This document shows positions 1 through 13,233 of a DNA stretch of 64,000 nt, in pieces. Below the pieces are notes generated by a model. The model had not been told where the DNA came from, did not search any database, and saw only the letters and a list, made by a program, of their open reading frames with translations. This DNA comes from Psilocybe cubensis (Eukaryota), in contig CM038999.1 in the NCBI GenBank assembly GCA_017499595.2, positions 1,240,001 through 1,304,000 on the forward strand, written 5' to 3'. Within the stretch, counting starts at the first letter, position 1; each line of letters starts with the position of its first letter. Position numbers and translations under genes: made by a program.

Positions 1-961
1 GATGCCGAAGAAAAGGTTGGGCGCTGGGAAGGATCGCCGAAGGACTTTTTCGAACAATTTGCCACTAAGCCTTTCTCGGTGCGTAAAATACTTTATTGGA
101 GAATAACTCTAATATGTTATTTCAGCCTGTGGACTCGTTCTCGCTCATTAATGACCCTCGTAATGAGTATTCGAAGCTCTACACCGTTGACAAGCTCGGA
201 AATATCTGGGGCGGCCGTCCTATTCTCTGTGCGTTTCATCCATTTTTTAGGACGATCTACTAATGCGTCGCAGATGTTAACACTGAAATCGAGAACATGA
301 AAGCCACCGTCGTCAGGGTAAGTGATGATGTTTCACCAGCAAGGTCTCACCTAATTTGCGTGCTTGCAGATGATCAAAGCCGGCCAACCTGTGTTCTTTG
401 GTTGTGATGTTGGTAAATTCTCGGACAGGGATGCAGGCGTGATGGACACAGCTTTCTTCGAATATGAAGTCAGTCGCTTCCCGACTCCCTATTTCATAAG
501 GTTTAATTGAATGGGAATCTTCAGAATGCCTTTGACATCAAACTCGGATTGAACAAAGCTGATCGCCTCCAGATTTGTGAATCGGCTATGACGCACGCTA
601 TGGTCATCTCAGGTGTACATCTCGACCCCTCTGGCAAGCCTGTTCGTTACAAGGTTGAGAACTCCTGGGGTGAGACCGCCGGCAAGGATGGGTACTTTGT
701 CATGACCGACGCGTGGTTCGAGCAGTGCGTTGCATTTACTCATATATCTCGACAGCGAAATACTCAATTAAATACTTTATTACAGATATGTGTATCAGGT
801 TGTTGTACCTAAAGCGCTTGCACCCAAGGACCTCGTTGCAGTCTTCGAGTCGGGCAACAAGATCGTTTTGCCCGCTTGGGATCCCATGGTAAATGATATT
901 TTTCAATTTCAAACTTGACCACAAATCCTGACTTTTTCGATCTCAGGGCGCATTGGCTTAA
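1..961 (+). CDS. LAP3: Bleomycin hydrolase / cysteine aminopeptidase (peptidase C1B), 3' part; multi-exon, 5' end outside window
   Basis: Spliced translation gives PVFFGCDVGKFSD, ESAMTHAMVISGV (catalytic His), YKVENSWG (catalytic Asn), DGYFVMTDAWF and the family C-terminus WDPM|GALA* (TAA 959-961). Confidence 0.9.
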
Positions 962-1978
962 ACTTCGTCTCACTGCGAATTAGGTGATATGTACTGAACG
1001 GCATGATTATTCTTGGTGCTCTCTTCCTATGTCCTGTGTATATGCATTTTCGCAATGAAGAGTTATTTTAGTTGTCGCAGTCTAGCATTGCTAGTACAGC
1101 TCTATGGATACGTTGTTATTGAAGATTTGAAATGCATACACTGACCCTTCCTCATATGACACCTTCATGAAGCAGAGAGAATCAACGGCGAAGACAAGAA
1201 GGGGAATGATGCGATTCTTGTCAGTTCAAAGGCACAGTCCGGGGGTTTTCTATCAGACTTCACGTTTTGAAAGGTAGAAAAACATTGTCTTCACTGTCTA
1301 TTACTATGTGACAATGACCAGTACCATCAGTTGACAGAAATAACTCCCGACTCCATGAAGATTCGCAAGATTCAAGTGCAATTGGGGAGAACCGCTGAGA
1401 CGGTTTAGCTACGGCCCCTTTCTTCCGACAACTTTTACGGCATAAATAAGGGCCCGTGACCGCAGTGATAATGATAAGTATGTCCTTACTAGTATTAGAA
1501 TGAACTTTTGCTTGGTATCCCATGTAGCATGCAATGCCTACATTTATCTGTGACGAGGGTATGTATTTGCACAACACCGAATACTGCGATAGTGATACTA
1601 CCTCAATCTGTTGACGTAAGTCAAGTGGCTGATCCAAGTGCTATCGCTGTTTTGCACCCGCCATCTCAAACTGAGGAGAGTATTGGTTGGTTGAAGAAAC
1701 GTCAGGTCCATCACGAGGGTGAGAAAACGACGCAACTGCTTTCTTCCGCGTAAACGGACATCAACATTTAACATCCTTTTGGCGTTACCAAAGCGTTCCT
1801 AGAGGCCCTGAGGGGATGTGTAAGGGGAAATTATGTAGCCTGGTTTATAATCCTTGCTTGGAGTCTCTTACAGCCTCTTCAAGAACCCATCGGTCTTTTG
1901 ACTTCTGCCTGCTGCTACCTTCACTTCTAGCAGATTACCTAAACGTTCCTTCCTTTCGTATCTTGTTTAGCAGCGGAT

Positions 1979-3601
1979 ATGCCATATCAGACGCGTAGCG
2001 ACAACGCCAATGGTGGTGCAGGCCTCTCTTTCTTTGGGATGGTGGGCGGGGCGATGGCATTGCTTAAATTGAAGACAAAGTACGACCAGTGTACGTGTAA
2101 CTCTTTGTCTCTGTGTCCATCCTTCAGAGAAATATGTATTTGTATTGGCTAACTAAAATGAAATGGGATTACCTTCCGTTGCCATCTATAGATAAGGAGG
2201 CGTCGACGGACGACGAAGAGGGACGGGTAGCACTGACGAGCGCCACCCCCTTTACGGATAGTGAACACGACGCCTTAGGTGAGAGTGGTCAAGGGCGTAT
2301 CGCACTTCCGGACGCGGAGTTCCCTTCAACGACTGGAAGGAGGACAAAGAAGAGGGCGTGCTGTATGTGCTGTGGGATGGAGTAAGCGAGAATGTCTTTT
2401 TATTCGTATACGCCACGGCGTGTTAACAAGCTTAACCACAGTTGCTCTCTGTTCTGGAAAGCTATTGGGATCGTCCTTGGACTATACACCCTATACTATG
2501 GTTTTAAAGCTTTCAAGTGGGCTCTCACTGTGAGCTATTCTGAAGCCGTCGCGCTTTATTTCCTAACAGTTGTTACAGGACCCACCCACAGGATTAGAGA
2601 ACATGCCCGCGTTCAGTACATCCCTTGGATGCGCCGATGCGCCCTACATCTATAATAAAACAGGAGTCTCGCAAGTGATTCCTCTCGGACAGCAGGACGA
2701 CCATAGCCTTGACATTCGTGGTGGTGCAGTAGGCACAATCACTATTGTTGACGGTGATGCCGACTCTACGCATATCAAGTACGAGATGACAATCCGCACG
2801 GACAAGGAAGAACTGCTTGAGGACGTTCGCTTCATTTTGCCAGACATCGCAAGCGATGGAACTGTTACGAGGGGTAGGTATATCATTGAAACATCGCGCA
2901 TTCCGAGCGTGAACACGGCCCACTGCATGCGTTTCGATATTAACTTGATTATTCCACCCACCCTCAAAAGGCTTGGTGTATCGTCGCACGTCGATACCCA
3001 TGTGTCCTTTGCTCGAGGCAGTCGTGCTGCTAGCATTGAACACCTCTTTGTGCGACTCTTCCAGTCCATCAGTAATGGCCCCGTGAACAATATTATCAAG
3101 ACCAACTCTGAAGTCGTACCGAAGAAAGCGACGTACGAAGTGTACCGCGGCTGGATTGTGGGTGAGGCCTCCGTGGTGAATGACATCGAAATTGCGACTC
3201 AGCGCGGTGACGGTGTTGCGAATGTCAAAATTACGCCATCCATCCCTCAAGACCCGTCCAAGAACGAGCCAGCGACGATTCTCACTGTTACGGGAGTGGG
3301 CCGTTCAGATTTTACTGTCGTGAGCCAAAAAGCCTTCAAGAGGCAGATCAAAAGCACGCATTCATCGTCAGGGAATGGGGATATGTATCTGAACTATGCC
3401 GAGGCCGACTTCAATGGAAAGATCAGCCTTCATTCAAAGTCGTACACTGTGACCGGGGCTACGCCTCTCAGGAAACCTTTGGGGGGTGATGATGATGACG
3501 ATGACGATGACGAGACTAGATGGACGCACTTCCACGGAGATAAGAGCGGGGGAGACGAGATCCATGTCGTTTCGCGAGCCTGGACCAGACTTTCTTTGTG
3601 A
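1979..3601 (+). CDS. Hypothetical single-pass membrane protein with large beta-rich C-terminal domain (adhesin/DUF4097-like by appearance only)
   Basis: ATG 1979 (MPYQTRSDNANGG...), GT-AG introns near 2091, 2382 and 2530. Cys cluster CCMCCG precedes hydrophobic FWKAIGIVLGLYTLYYGF, then a long last exon (ORF 2570-3601) with a poly-Asp run. Confidence 0.65.
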
Positions 3602-4073
3602 TCAATTAGTATCGATGAAAATAAACGTGGCACATGTAAACATAAGACTGGATAGGTAGATTCGACAGTTTGTTTGAAAATCAGAAGATATCACAATTGG
3701 GAACCTATTGGTATGCAACATTGCATTGAGGTTTATTGCGGTTTAAAAACAATAAATTTGGGTCCCAAGAACAAAATGGAATAATCGATGTTAAGATCAT
3801 GGGGTGCTAGAGCAGTAAGTAGGAGGTCAAGAATAAACTTTTCAGAAGTCGCGTTAGTAACTAAAGGCCATTGACAAACAGGAGCAAGCAACGCGTAGTC
3901 CATGAACGCACGTGTCCTTTAGTCTTCAGGCCTGTATCTCTCTCCCGCTGAACCGTAAGATTGCCGTAGGCTCCTGAATACCGGGTTAGCAGTCCTTTCC
4001 TCAACCTGAGGCACCACATACATAAAGCTGGTTTGTTCAGCTAAAGACTGCGCCGTATTGTCATCAATATCAA

Positions 4074-7000
4074 ATGAACACCTACGACACTATGGATGAT
4101 GTCTCTCCTCCTGGGCGTTCGGTTGACATTGAACTCGGAGGGCAAGAAGTTATCACCATTGAGCTGGACAACTTGGACCCCAACCCCGACGACGTCCTCG
4201 ACCTTCTAAAAGATGGACAATGTACTGTTTACGTTTGGACAAAACTTGCAGGCGAATATTGGCGACGAGGCTATCTGGAAGCGGCGGAAAGGATAGCTAC
4301 AACCGCCATAGAATGTGTGTTTGTTCCATTTATGAATGCCTTAACCTCCTTACTGACAAAAACATCAGCATTTTATGCTAACGATTCTAAAGGGTCTCTG
4401 CCTCCAATATATGCCCTACTTGCCAACCTCCAAATCGCATACGCCCGTAAAGCGCCTAAACTCATACTTGAGGAAGCTCGTAAGTAATTACTATGTTGCC
4501 ATAAAACTCCCTAACCAAGCTGTTGAAATAGAACAGGATATAATGACATCCGAGAAGCCGAAAGACGACTACTATAGAGAAGCTGCTTTATATTTGAATA
4601 CTGGAGAGAAGGTTGGATCTGAGTCTGGTGAGGGAGTGAGCGGAACGTTAGCTTTCCTGACTCGAGGTTCGCTTTATACGTTTAAAAACTCCACATTATC
4701 TTGTTTAAATGTACACAGGCATTCAGCAACTAGCGACACGGTCTATGGATGATGCTATGCGATCCTTTGAAGGGGTATTGGCCGAAAAGCCTACGAATCT
4801 TGTCGCATTGCTTGGAAAGGTGTGCTTTTATGAACTTGACTCTATCGAATGACAATCCTCAACAACATGTATAAAAGGCCAGAATACTTTACGCGCGTCG
4901 CAATTATAAGGAAGCTCTTCGACTGTTCCAGGACGTGCTACGATATAATCCCACATGCATACCAGACCCTCGGATTGGTATAGGGCTTTGTTTCTGGGCA
5001 ATGGATCAAAAGTCTCATGCAAAAGCAGCATGGGAAAGAAGTTTGGAGTTGGTCAGTATCTTAACATAACATCCTTGCTCTTCTTCATTACTAAAGTTCT
5101 TTACAGAATCCTTCTGAAGGGGCAGCACAACTTCTTCTTGGTATAGAGTCGATCAACGCCAGCAAGAATCCTAAATTACCAGAATCCCAAAAGGCCAAAT
5201 CATTCGTGGCCGGCACAAAACTGATTGAAAAGTCTTTCCAGTCTAACAACCGAAGTGCAGCCGCGGCAAATGCCCTCTGCGAACTATTTCTACGGAAGGG
5301 GAACTTGCCTCGAGTATGTCACTTTTGGGGTTTTCTTTGAATTGTTGTTAACTGATATTCATAGGCTCTAAAACTTGCGGAACGGACGATTCAGTTTGCA
5401 GACACTTTGACAATTCTCACTGAAGGCTATCTGCGTGCTGGACGCGTTTCACACGCCAGTGGTTCGCTATCCCGAGCCACCAAATTTTACAATGCTGCTA
5501 TCGAAGGGCAACCTAATCATATAATTGGTGCCATTGGCATGGCACAGATGCAAATACTCAATGGTACGCAAATTTAGTTTTTCGTTTCTGCTCTTAACTG
5601 TCGTTCTTGACCTTTGTATACTCTTCAAAAGATGAAATGGCGGCAGCTATTCACACGCTCGACACCCTGATTCAACCTCCTAACCCCCAACGATCCCTCG
5701 AAGCAACAGTCATGCTTGCATCCCTTAGAGCATATCCCCGCCCTGGTGTCTCAAGTGCCGATTTGGCTCAGGAAAAAACCCGTGCTAGAGAACTTTTTGA
5801 TCGTGTTAGCAAGACATTGGAACTTGAAGACGCCGGTGCCAACGGAGCTCTTCTCAGCAAAACGTCTCGTGGAATTGCCGAAGATATCGAAATGCACGCC
5901 GAGATTGCTCGTTTGTGGCAAGATGAGAATTTAGATCGCATGGGCAAGGCGTTGAAGGAGGCACTGAGAATCAGTCAATCTTCTGAAGACATCGATCCAC
6001 GATTGGTCAACAATATTGGTGTTCTTCACCATCTGGAAGGACAACTCGTGGAAGCTCAGAGGATGTACGAGAATGCCCTTACAACTGCAGCTTCCATGAA
6101 CTCAGATGCTGCAGAAGGGTTGTCGACAACAGTCCTGTATAACCTTGCTCGCGTCTATGAAGACTCGGGACAAGATAAACTGGCCACTGATGCCTACGAA
6201 AAACTTCTCTCACGACACCCCGAGTATATCGACGGTATGCTTATAGTCGCAGTTTTTGTATCTACGAAATACTGATTGAATGCGTCGTATCTAGCAAAAA
6301 TTCGACAAGCGCAAATGCTTACTAATATCAACCGAGTTAACGATGCTCACGAACTGATAAAGCAAGCTCTTGTGTCGCAAAGCAACAACCTCAATTTACG
6401 CGCCTATTACACATATTTCCTAATTCATAGCAACTCCCTCAAAACCGCTAAGGATTTTATTTTCAGTACTCTCCGAGATCAAGACAAGCACGATGTTTAT
6501 TCCTTCTGCGCGGTTGCTTGGATTCATTACAATCAAGCTCGAGAGAACCGTGACACGACGACAAAAGGAATTGAGGAGCGGAAGAAAAACTTCCAGCGTT
6601 CTGCCGAATTTTACGAAAAGGCATTGCAGTATGATCCTACTTGTGCTTTTGCTGCACAAGGTCTTGCGATCATTACTGCTGAAGATGCCCTCGGCTCCAT
6701 GGGCGGTGCTTTGGCTCGTGTATCGGCATATGACGAAGCTCAACAACGATTGCAGAACGCCCGAGAAGCGTTAGATGTTTTTGCTAAAGTCAGAGAGTCA
6801 ATCAACGACGGCAGTGTTTACTTGAACATCGGACATTGTTACTATGCCAGAGATGAGTTCGATCGTGCTATTGAAAGTGTGAGTCTAGTCTTCGGTCACT
6901 CCTACTGTATCAACTCATTCACGTTGATGTTGACTTTGTCTATTAGTATGAAACTGCTTCCACAAGATTTTACAACGGGCAGAATGTGCCTACTTTGCTC

Positions 7001-8156
7001 TGCTTATGCCGGTCATGGTATGCTAAAGCCATGAAAGACCAATCATATGTCGCCATGAAGACTGCTCTGAAATATGCAGAAGCTGTAAGTTCCTCTAGTC
7101 TGCCAAATTATATACCACTCATTTGTTCCAGGCTCTACACATACACCCCAACGACAAGGCCAACGTCTATAACGTCGCCATGATCCAGCAGAAATCGGCG
7201 GAATTACTCTTCTCCATCAACGTGGCCAAGCGCACTCTTAAAGACCTGCAGAAAGCCATTGACTCAGCTACACATGCTCAAAAGTACGTCGCTGAAAATC
7301 ATGTAAGGAATCTACTAATTGGTGGCTTACTGGTTGAACAGAATTTTTGCATCGTTAGCTGCTGATAAATCAGCCGCAGTTCCTTACGACCGTGACATTG
7401 CTGACAATCGACGGAAGTACGGTGATGGTATGTTAAGGAAGGCAGAGGAACATCTTAAAAATCAGCGGCAACACGAGATGGAGACTCGGTCTAAAATTGA
7501 AGCTGCAAGGCAGAGACGTCAGGAAGAAAAGGAGCGTCAAGATGCGTTGGAGGTATGCCACATTTTATTTTAATTCTTTGTTACTGTTGCTCAGGATGTT
7601 TGCCATTTCTAGCGTGAAAGAGCCGAGAAACTGCGCATTGAAGCCGAGAAACTTGCTGAGGAACGACGGCTGGCTCGTGAACAGGCACTTGAGTGGACTA
7701 GGGAAGTTCGCATGGAGAGTGACGAAGAGCGCGAGCGAAAGGTGACCAAGAAGAAGAAGCCCAAAGCGGAAATCATCAGTGGCGATGAAGCTGAGCCCAA
7801 GGCACCAAAGAAACGACGTGGCAAGCTAAAGAAGGCCTCCAGTGATCACGATCACGAAGGTGACGTCGACCAGACAATGTTCAGCGAAGATGAAGACATA
7901 GAGAAGCCTGCTAAAAAGGTATGTAATTTCCTGTCGAATTGTTCATCAATAATATCCTAAAATAATTCGATGGCATTTTTAGCGGATCGCCAAGAAACGT
8001 GTCGTTCGCGACGAGGACGAGGAGGACGACGCGTCACGGCCTAAGAAGCAATTGTAAGCTGCTTAAATTAGTTGCACGTTGCATTGATCTTGAACAGACT
8101 ATCTTTTCAGTAAAAGTAAAGCTATGATATCCGACTCAGATGACGAAATGTCATGA
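4074..8156 (+). CDS. CTR9: PAF1 complex TPR subunit Ctr9
   Basis: Many TPR-like exons (LVNNIGVLHHLEG, VLYNLARVYE, AAQGLAII, VYLNIGHCYY). N-terminus has IELDNLD. Charged C-terminal tail ends KSKAMISDSDDEMS* (TGA 8154-8156). Confidence 0.9.
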
Positions 8157-8885
8157 CGAAGCAATGCGCTTTCACTTGAAGATGTATTGTAATGGGGATG
8201 GTTTACTGTAGACTTGCCTAAGGAGGGTGTTGGCTAGGAGTGTCCTCCTAGGACTCATTGAGAGAAAGAATCGAACATCGATTGCGGATTCGGCTTTGTG
8301 TAGCTTGTTCATGGCCCACTGAATTATCTCAGTGGTCTGTTTTCGAAGTTATTCCGGGACATTGTTGGATGCATGCACGCAAAGTCAAACAACGACGCCG
8401 CCCTCAGAGAACTTGCAATGCTCCATGGATCGGGTCAAGTTGTATGGGTTTGTTGAGCCAATAGACCCAAGCCAGAGATATTTTTATTCATTTGCCACCG
8501 TTGCTATTATTATATTTGTAATTATTAGTTCTACAACACCGAGTGACCATTAATAATTTCCCCATGTCATTTAGGCGGCTAAATTAGCCATAAATCGTGA
8601 AAGATGACATCAATGTAGACATCTAGAGAAAGCAGCGACTGCCTTTTGTCTGATGGAAGATAGAAAATGAGGCATAAAGAGGATTAGCCATAGTAGTTTC
8701 ACTTCGTCTCGATACAAATGAAGACTCGCCAACTGTGATGAAAATTTTAGTATAATTATATTACAAGACGATAGAAATACACAAAGAGTAAGTGGTCAGA
8801 TTAACTAGATCCTCTTCCCGTCAGGGAATGGAATAAATAGATGAGTTAGATATATCGAACAGCGTCAGATATGAGTCGTCAAAGT

Positions 8886-11066
8886 TTATAAATCAGTTCG
8901 CTGGATTAGTTCTTGGTGGGCCTGCACCTCAGCGGCCTTTTCTTGGTCCAGGGCTTTTCGTTTTTGAGCACCGTGAAGGAAAAAGATAGATGAACAGGCT
9001 GTAAGGATGATGACGCCCATGAAAACGAGATATCGCCTCATATTTAATGGCGGAGAAGCTTCTGGACCTGCACGAAGTGCTCCGGCAACTGTGGGCAAAA
9101 GCGTTACAGAGTGTTCAAATCTCTGCAATACAAATCTTTGACTGACCTAGGATGAAGACAACAGCAAATAAATTGCCCCTGGATTAACGAGTCAGAATCA
9201 AAAGGGTTCTTAGGAGAAGGAGTAGAGCAAACGTACGCAAACCATAAAATCGCAGAGCTTGCCTCGGCGTTACGAGTGATTTCGCATGCAAGTTCCATGC
9301 CCACTGCAAGCATTGGTACAGAGCAGATTCCGATGATTCCCATGATTGCAAACAATGCACCACCGTTATCGGGTCGTACTGCAAGATTAATCAATAATTG
9401 ATGAATAAATGTTTTCTTAGTCTCCTACCTGCCCAGATAAGGGAGAACCACCCAATGGCCGCAAAAGGTATCATAAATTTGGCGGTAATGGCAAGATGGT
9501 GAACGAAGACCCGGTCAAAGAGTGGTGCAGATATAATAGCGGCAACCATGCCGGCCAGCAGCAGACAAGCGCCCATCAATCCACTCTCATCGTCCGAGTA
9601 CCCCACAGGTTCCTGATTGAAGGCGACTTCAGCACGATAACTTCAAACCATGCTTGTAGTTAGTTTGGACTTACAAGAATTTGTGCCGAAAGGATTGCAA
9701 ATCCATTGGAACTAAAACCTGGGAATAAGTAAAAGGTTCTTGCAAAAATAAGGCACCGGACATACGCGGCTACTAGGACTGCAAAGTTGGCGATAATAAT
9801 CGCGAAATCAATGCGCTCGCGCCTTGTCATGTATGCTGCTGCCTCTACTCGTAAGCCAAGCATTGCTCGGATAAGGGAAAGTAGCGACATAGGCTTTTGT
9901 GCGGCAGCGTATGCTGCGAAAGGTATGTGGTGTTAAACAACAGACATAGAATGGTGAATGAGATAGCAATTACTCGGTGGAGAAGGAGGCGCCTTATGGA
10001 TAAGGAAAACTAGAGGAGCCACGGCAGTCGACATTATTCCAAGGATAAGAATCTATGGTAGTTGGTTAATTCGCAAGACCAGAATATAGATCTAATGAAC
10101 CTTACAGATCTCCGGCTATCACCTATGAGTGGGCTGATCAGCTGGCCCAGAGCGCCCCCAACAGGATTTGCTTCAGCGCTTAATCAGAAGACGTTCACTG
10201 TGAAGGGTTTTTGTATAACTCACATATTGCAACAATCATGGTGGCGGTAGTCCTTCCTTGCAGATTAAACCATGTCTCCGAGTACTTAGGACCTATTACC
10301 TGATATACCGGTTGAGCTATGGAAACAAAGAACTTCCAAACATCAGTCCAGATAACCATCATTATAACTATTAACTCACTTGTCCTAGTATCAGAAGAGA
10401 GTAGGAACTCCTGGGTGAGAGAGAGCGGGCAGTTCCAGAATATCTAATCCATGCTGAGAGTATGAGAGCCACAGCGCCTATCTCACACTGTAAAAAAATC
10501 ATTGATCAGACTGAGAAAGATGGGGCAAGAGGTAGGCAGAGAGGCGCACACATCGACGGATACCGTATCGGGAGATGATAACAGGTATCAGCAGGGCAGT
10601 AGGGAGATAAACTACAGCTACAATATTTCCCAGCCAGTTGACCTCGTCCAGAGTAATGTTAAAATCAGACGCGACTAACTTAACCTTCAAAAAACAAAAG
10701 AAATGACGGCATCATGACAGCGACACACCAGAGTTCGAAATTGGCCCAAACCACGGCCAAGACATGGCAGCTATCAGATTAAGAAAGACCTTGCCAGCAG
10801 GTTTGAAATGGGACCAACGGTGCGACATCTGATCGACGCACCAGAGCAACGAGGCCAACAAAGCGACGCCTGTAAAGTCGATACGTTCCAGGAAAGGCGT
10901 CCGACTCTAGTGATTCAACCACCTGGTCTGCAGTCAGTTCCTGTGAGAGGGAGCCTGTAGATTTTCGCTCAACACCTGCGAGGGCCACCACACGGGCAGA
11001 CACCTCTTCAGAGTGTTTAGAGCCGGATTTCTCCAATTCTGTTGACCCAGAGGAAGGCATGGTCAT
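8886..11066 (-). CDS. MFS transporter, FLVCR/SLC49-like
   Basis: YRLYRRRFVGL, VNWLGNIV, GPKYSETWF..RTTATMI and GMELACEITRNAEASSA motifs; many hydrophobic exons. Confidence 0.85.
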
Positions 11067-11502
11067 GAGTGGAGAAAGAAAGAGGGGAAAGCCAGGGACA
11101 CTAGTTAGGTAATTGACAGGTAGCCTAACGTCCCCTAGGGAGGAATTAAAAAGAGACAGATTTGCCGGTGGACAACATATGGTATATTTAGCTGAATCGC
11201 TCACAGGCAGGGAATCCAAGTCCCCTCGTCCGTAAAGGTTATATCTGCCCTGAGAAATTGGCTCGGAACACTGATAGATATTGGACAGTAGAAGACTGCA
11301 GAGGACAGGCCTTGTGGTTCTTCTGATCTTCTGACTTGACCCATGGTGCTGATTACAATTTTGGAGACCAAAGCACCGGATGAATTACACTTTGTGATGC
11401 CCCATCATTAACGGTCTTGGCAGATCACGGGAATCCAAGTCACGAGACCGAATGGATTCTATGACACGCTTGGCATGAAACTGATGACATTCGACCTTCA
11501 CC

Positions 11503-12677
11503 ATGAGCGAATACTGGGTTTCAAAAAAGAAATATCTCTGCAAATACTGCGACATATATATTGCCGATGATGCACCTTCTCGACAGCACCATGAAAATGG
11601 CTTGCGACATAAGGGCAACGTCGAAAGATTCATTCGGGGAATTTACAAGGCGGGTGAGAAGCAGAAAAAGGATCTAGAGGAAGAGAAGAGAGAGATGAGG
11701 CGCGTCGAGCAGGTGTGTACCCTTGAAGCAGATTTCAACATTTCTTAGTTGACTGTGATGAACAGGCAGCTGCCGCAGCATTTGCTGAAGACGTAGGTGC
11801 TGGTCGTGCAAAGGCACCGCCTGCACCCGTCGCGTCGACATCAACAGCCCCCAAGAAGCCTTCCACAAAACCATCTAATCCCTACGCCAACTATAGTACG
11901 GCAGAATCTCTGGGATATAAGGACCCAGATGCGGAACGATTAGCTGCCGAGGCTGAGATTCGGCGATCCCAGGGCATCGCTGGAGAATGGCAGATTTTGG
12001 CACCAACTGAACCTCGTGTGGGTACCAAGGTCGAGGGAGATGGAGCAGATGGCACCAATGGAACTGCTCCTGGTGATGCTGGGGTGAAGAGAGAGGCGGA
12101 AGCCCCTCCAGATGACGAAGACACTCGTGCATTCAAACTTCGAAAGAAAACGCTAACGAGAGGGCTAGGGGAGATATATGATCCAGGAGTAATACCAATA
12201 AAAATTAAGAAGAAGGAAGAAACAGCAACCATATCACCAGAGCCACAGCCAAATACCTCTATTCCGCCAGAGCCAGAGACACTGAAATGGAAGCCAACAC
12301 AGTGGAAGCGTACAGGCGGCAACTCTCAACAAACCGAAGATAGTGGAAGTCAACGAACACCTGATATTAAACAGGAAGGAGATACTTCTCTTACGACAAT
12401 AGAATCCAATACTTCAAAATGGGCCAAACCACAATGGAGCCAGCCTCTACCGGATTTTAAGCAAGAAGAGATGAAAACCATCTTCGGAAATCAGGAGGTC
12501 GTCGAGGGGGCAAACGATAGGGATAAACCACTGGATCCTGTTGTTAAGACGGAATCTGATATAATAAAGGAAGAGCCACAAACGACAGGCCTCTCTGAGG
12601 CGGCGCCTGCATCAACTGCACTATTCAAAAAACGCAAAGCTCCCAGCGGTGCTGGACGAGGCCGTCGCGAGATTTGA
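11503..12677 (+). CDS. U1-type (matrin) zinc-finger protein, WBP4/FBP21-like splicing factor
   Basis: MSEYWVSKKKYLCKYCDIYIADD...HENGLRHKGNVER zinc finger. One intron at about 11713-11765. C-terminal LFKKRK. Confidence 0.85.
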
Positions 12678-12850
12678 TATCGAACCTCAGTTGCGTTAAT
12701 TGGTGGGCAATCCCTCTATAACCAACTAGGAGATGCGCGGGACGATGGCCATCACTTTCTATCCCTGATAGCCAGCTTCTGTCATCTCTTTGGTCGCTAG
12801 CTACCCTGCCATAGAGGCCGGGCCTGACGGCCACCAAGTTTTTTGAGCAA

Positions 12851-12866
12851 GGGTTAGGTTAGGTTA
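12851..12866 (+). repeat. Short telomere-like (GGTTA)n motif, interstitial; a similar CTAACCTAACCCT occurs at 19422-19434
   Basis: GGGTTAGGTTAGGTTA read directly; both copies lie in intergenic regions upstream of genes. Confidence 0.4.
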
Positions 12867-13233
12867 ACACTCAAAACGCAGTCCCTGTTTTGCGGATGAC
12901 CTTGGTTTCCTTTTCCGTTTCCTGACCATCTTATTTCCTCTTCTTCTCTAGCTTGTTAAGATTGAAGAAGTCGATACCCTATGTATGTCCGCGTACTGTA
13001 GTTAATGGTCCTATGTTTTGCTCAACAATTCATAGCATCTACATAACGGTAAAGCGGCCCGGCATCATAGCAAATTCGGGATAAAAAGCACAAGTGCCAG
13101 GTGCTTTCTTCAGAGTGTACCCTTTCTTGCCTTACGTTCACCTTCATAAGTACGTCTTTGGAGGTGCGATGACTAACCTGTATGCGCTTATTCGTTGCAT
13201 ATATAGGCCACGTTATAATCAGCAGCAAAAACC

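Noticed and set aside
1140-1800. Short ORFs between bleomycin hydrolase and the next gene
   Set aside because: No consistent exon model or protein motif could be built on either strand.
2594-3250. 218-aa and 178-aa minus-strand ORFs
   Set aside because: Antisense to the long coding exon 2570-3601; no recognisable domain.
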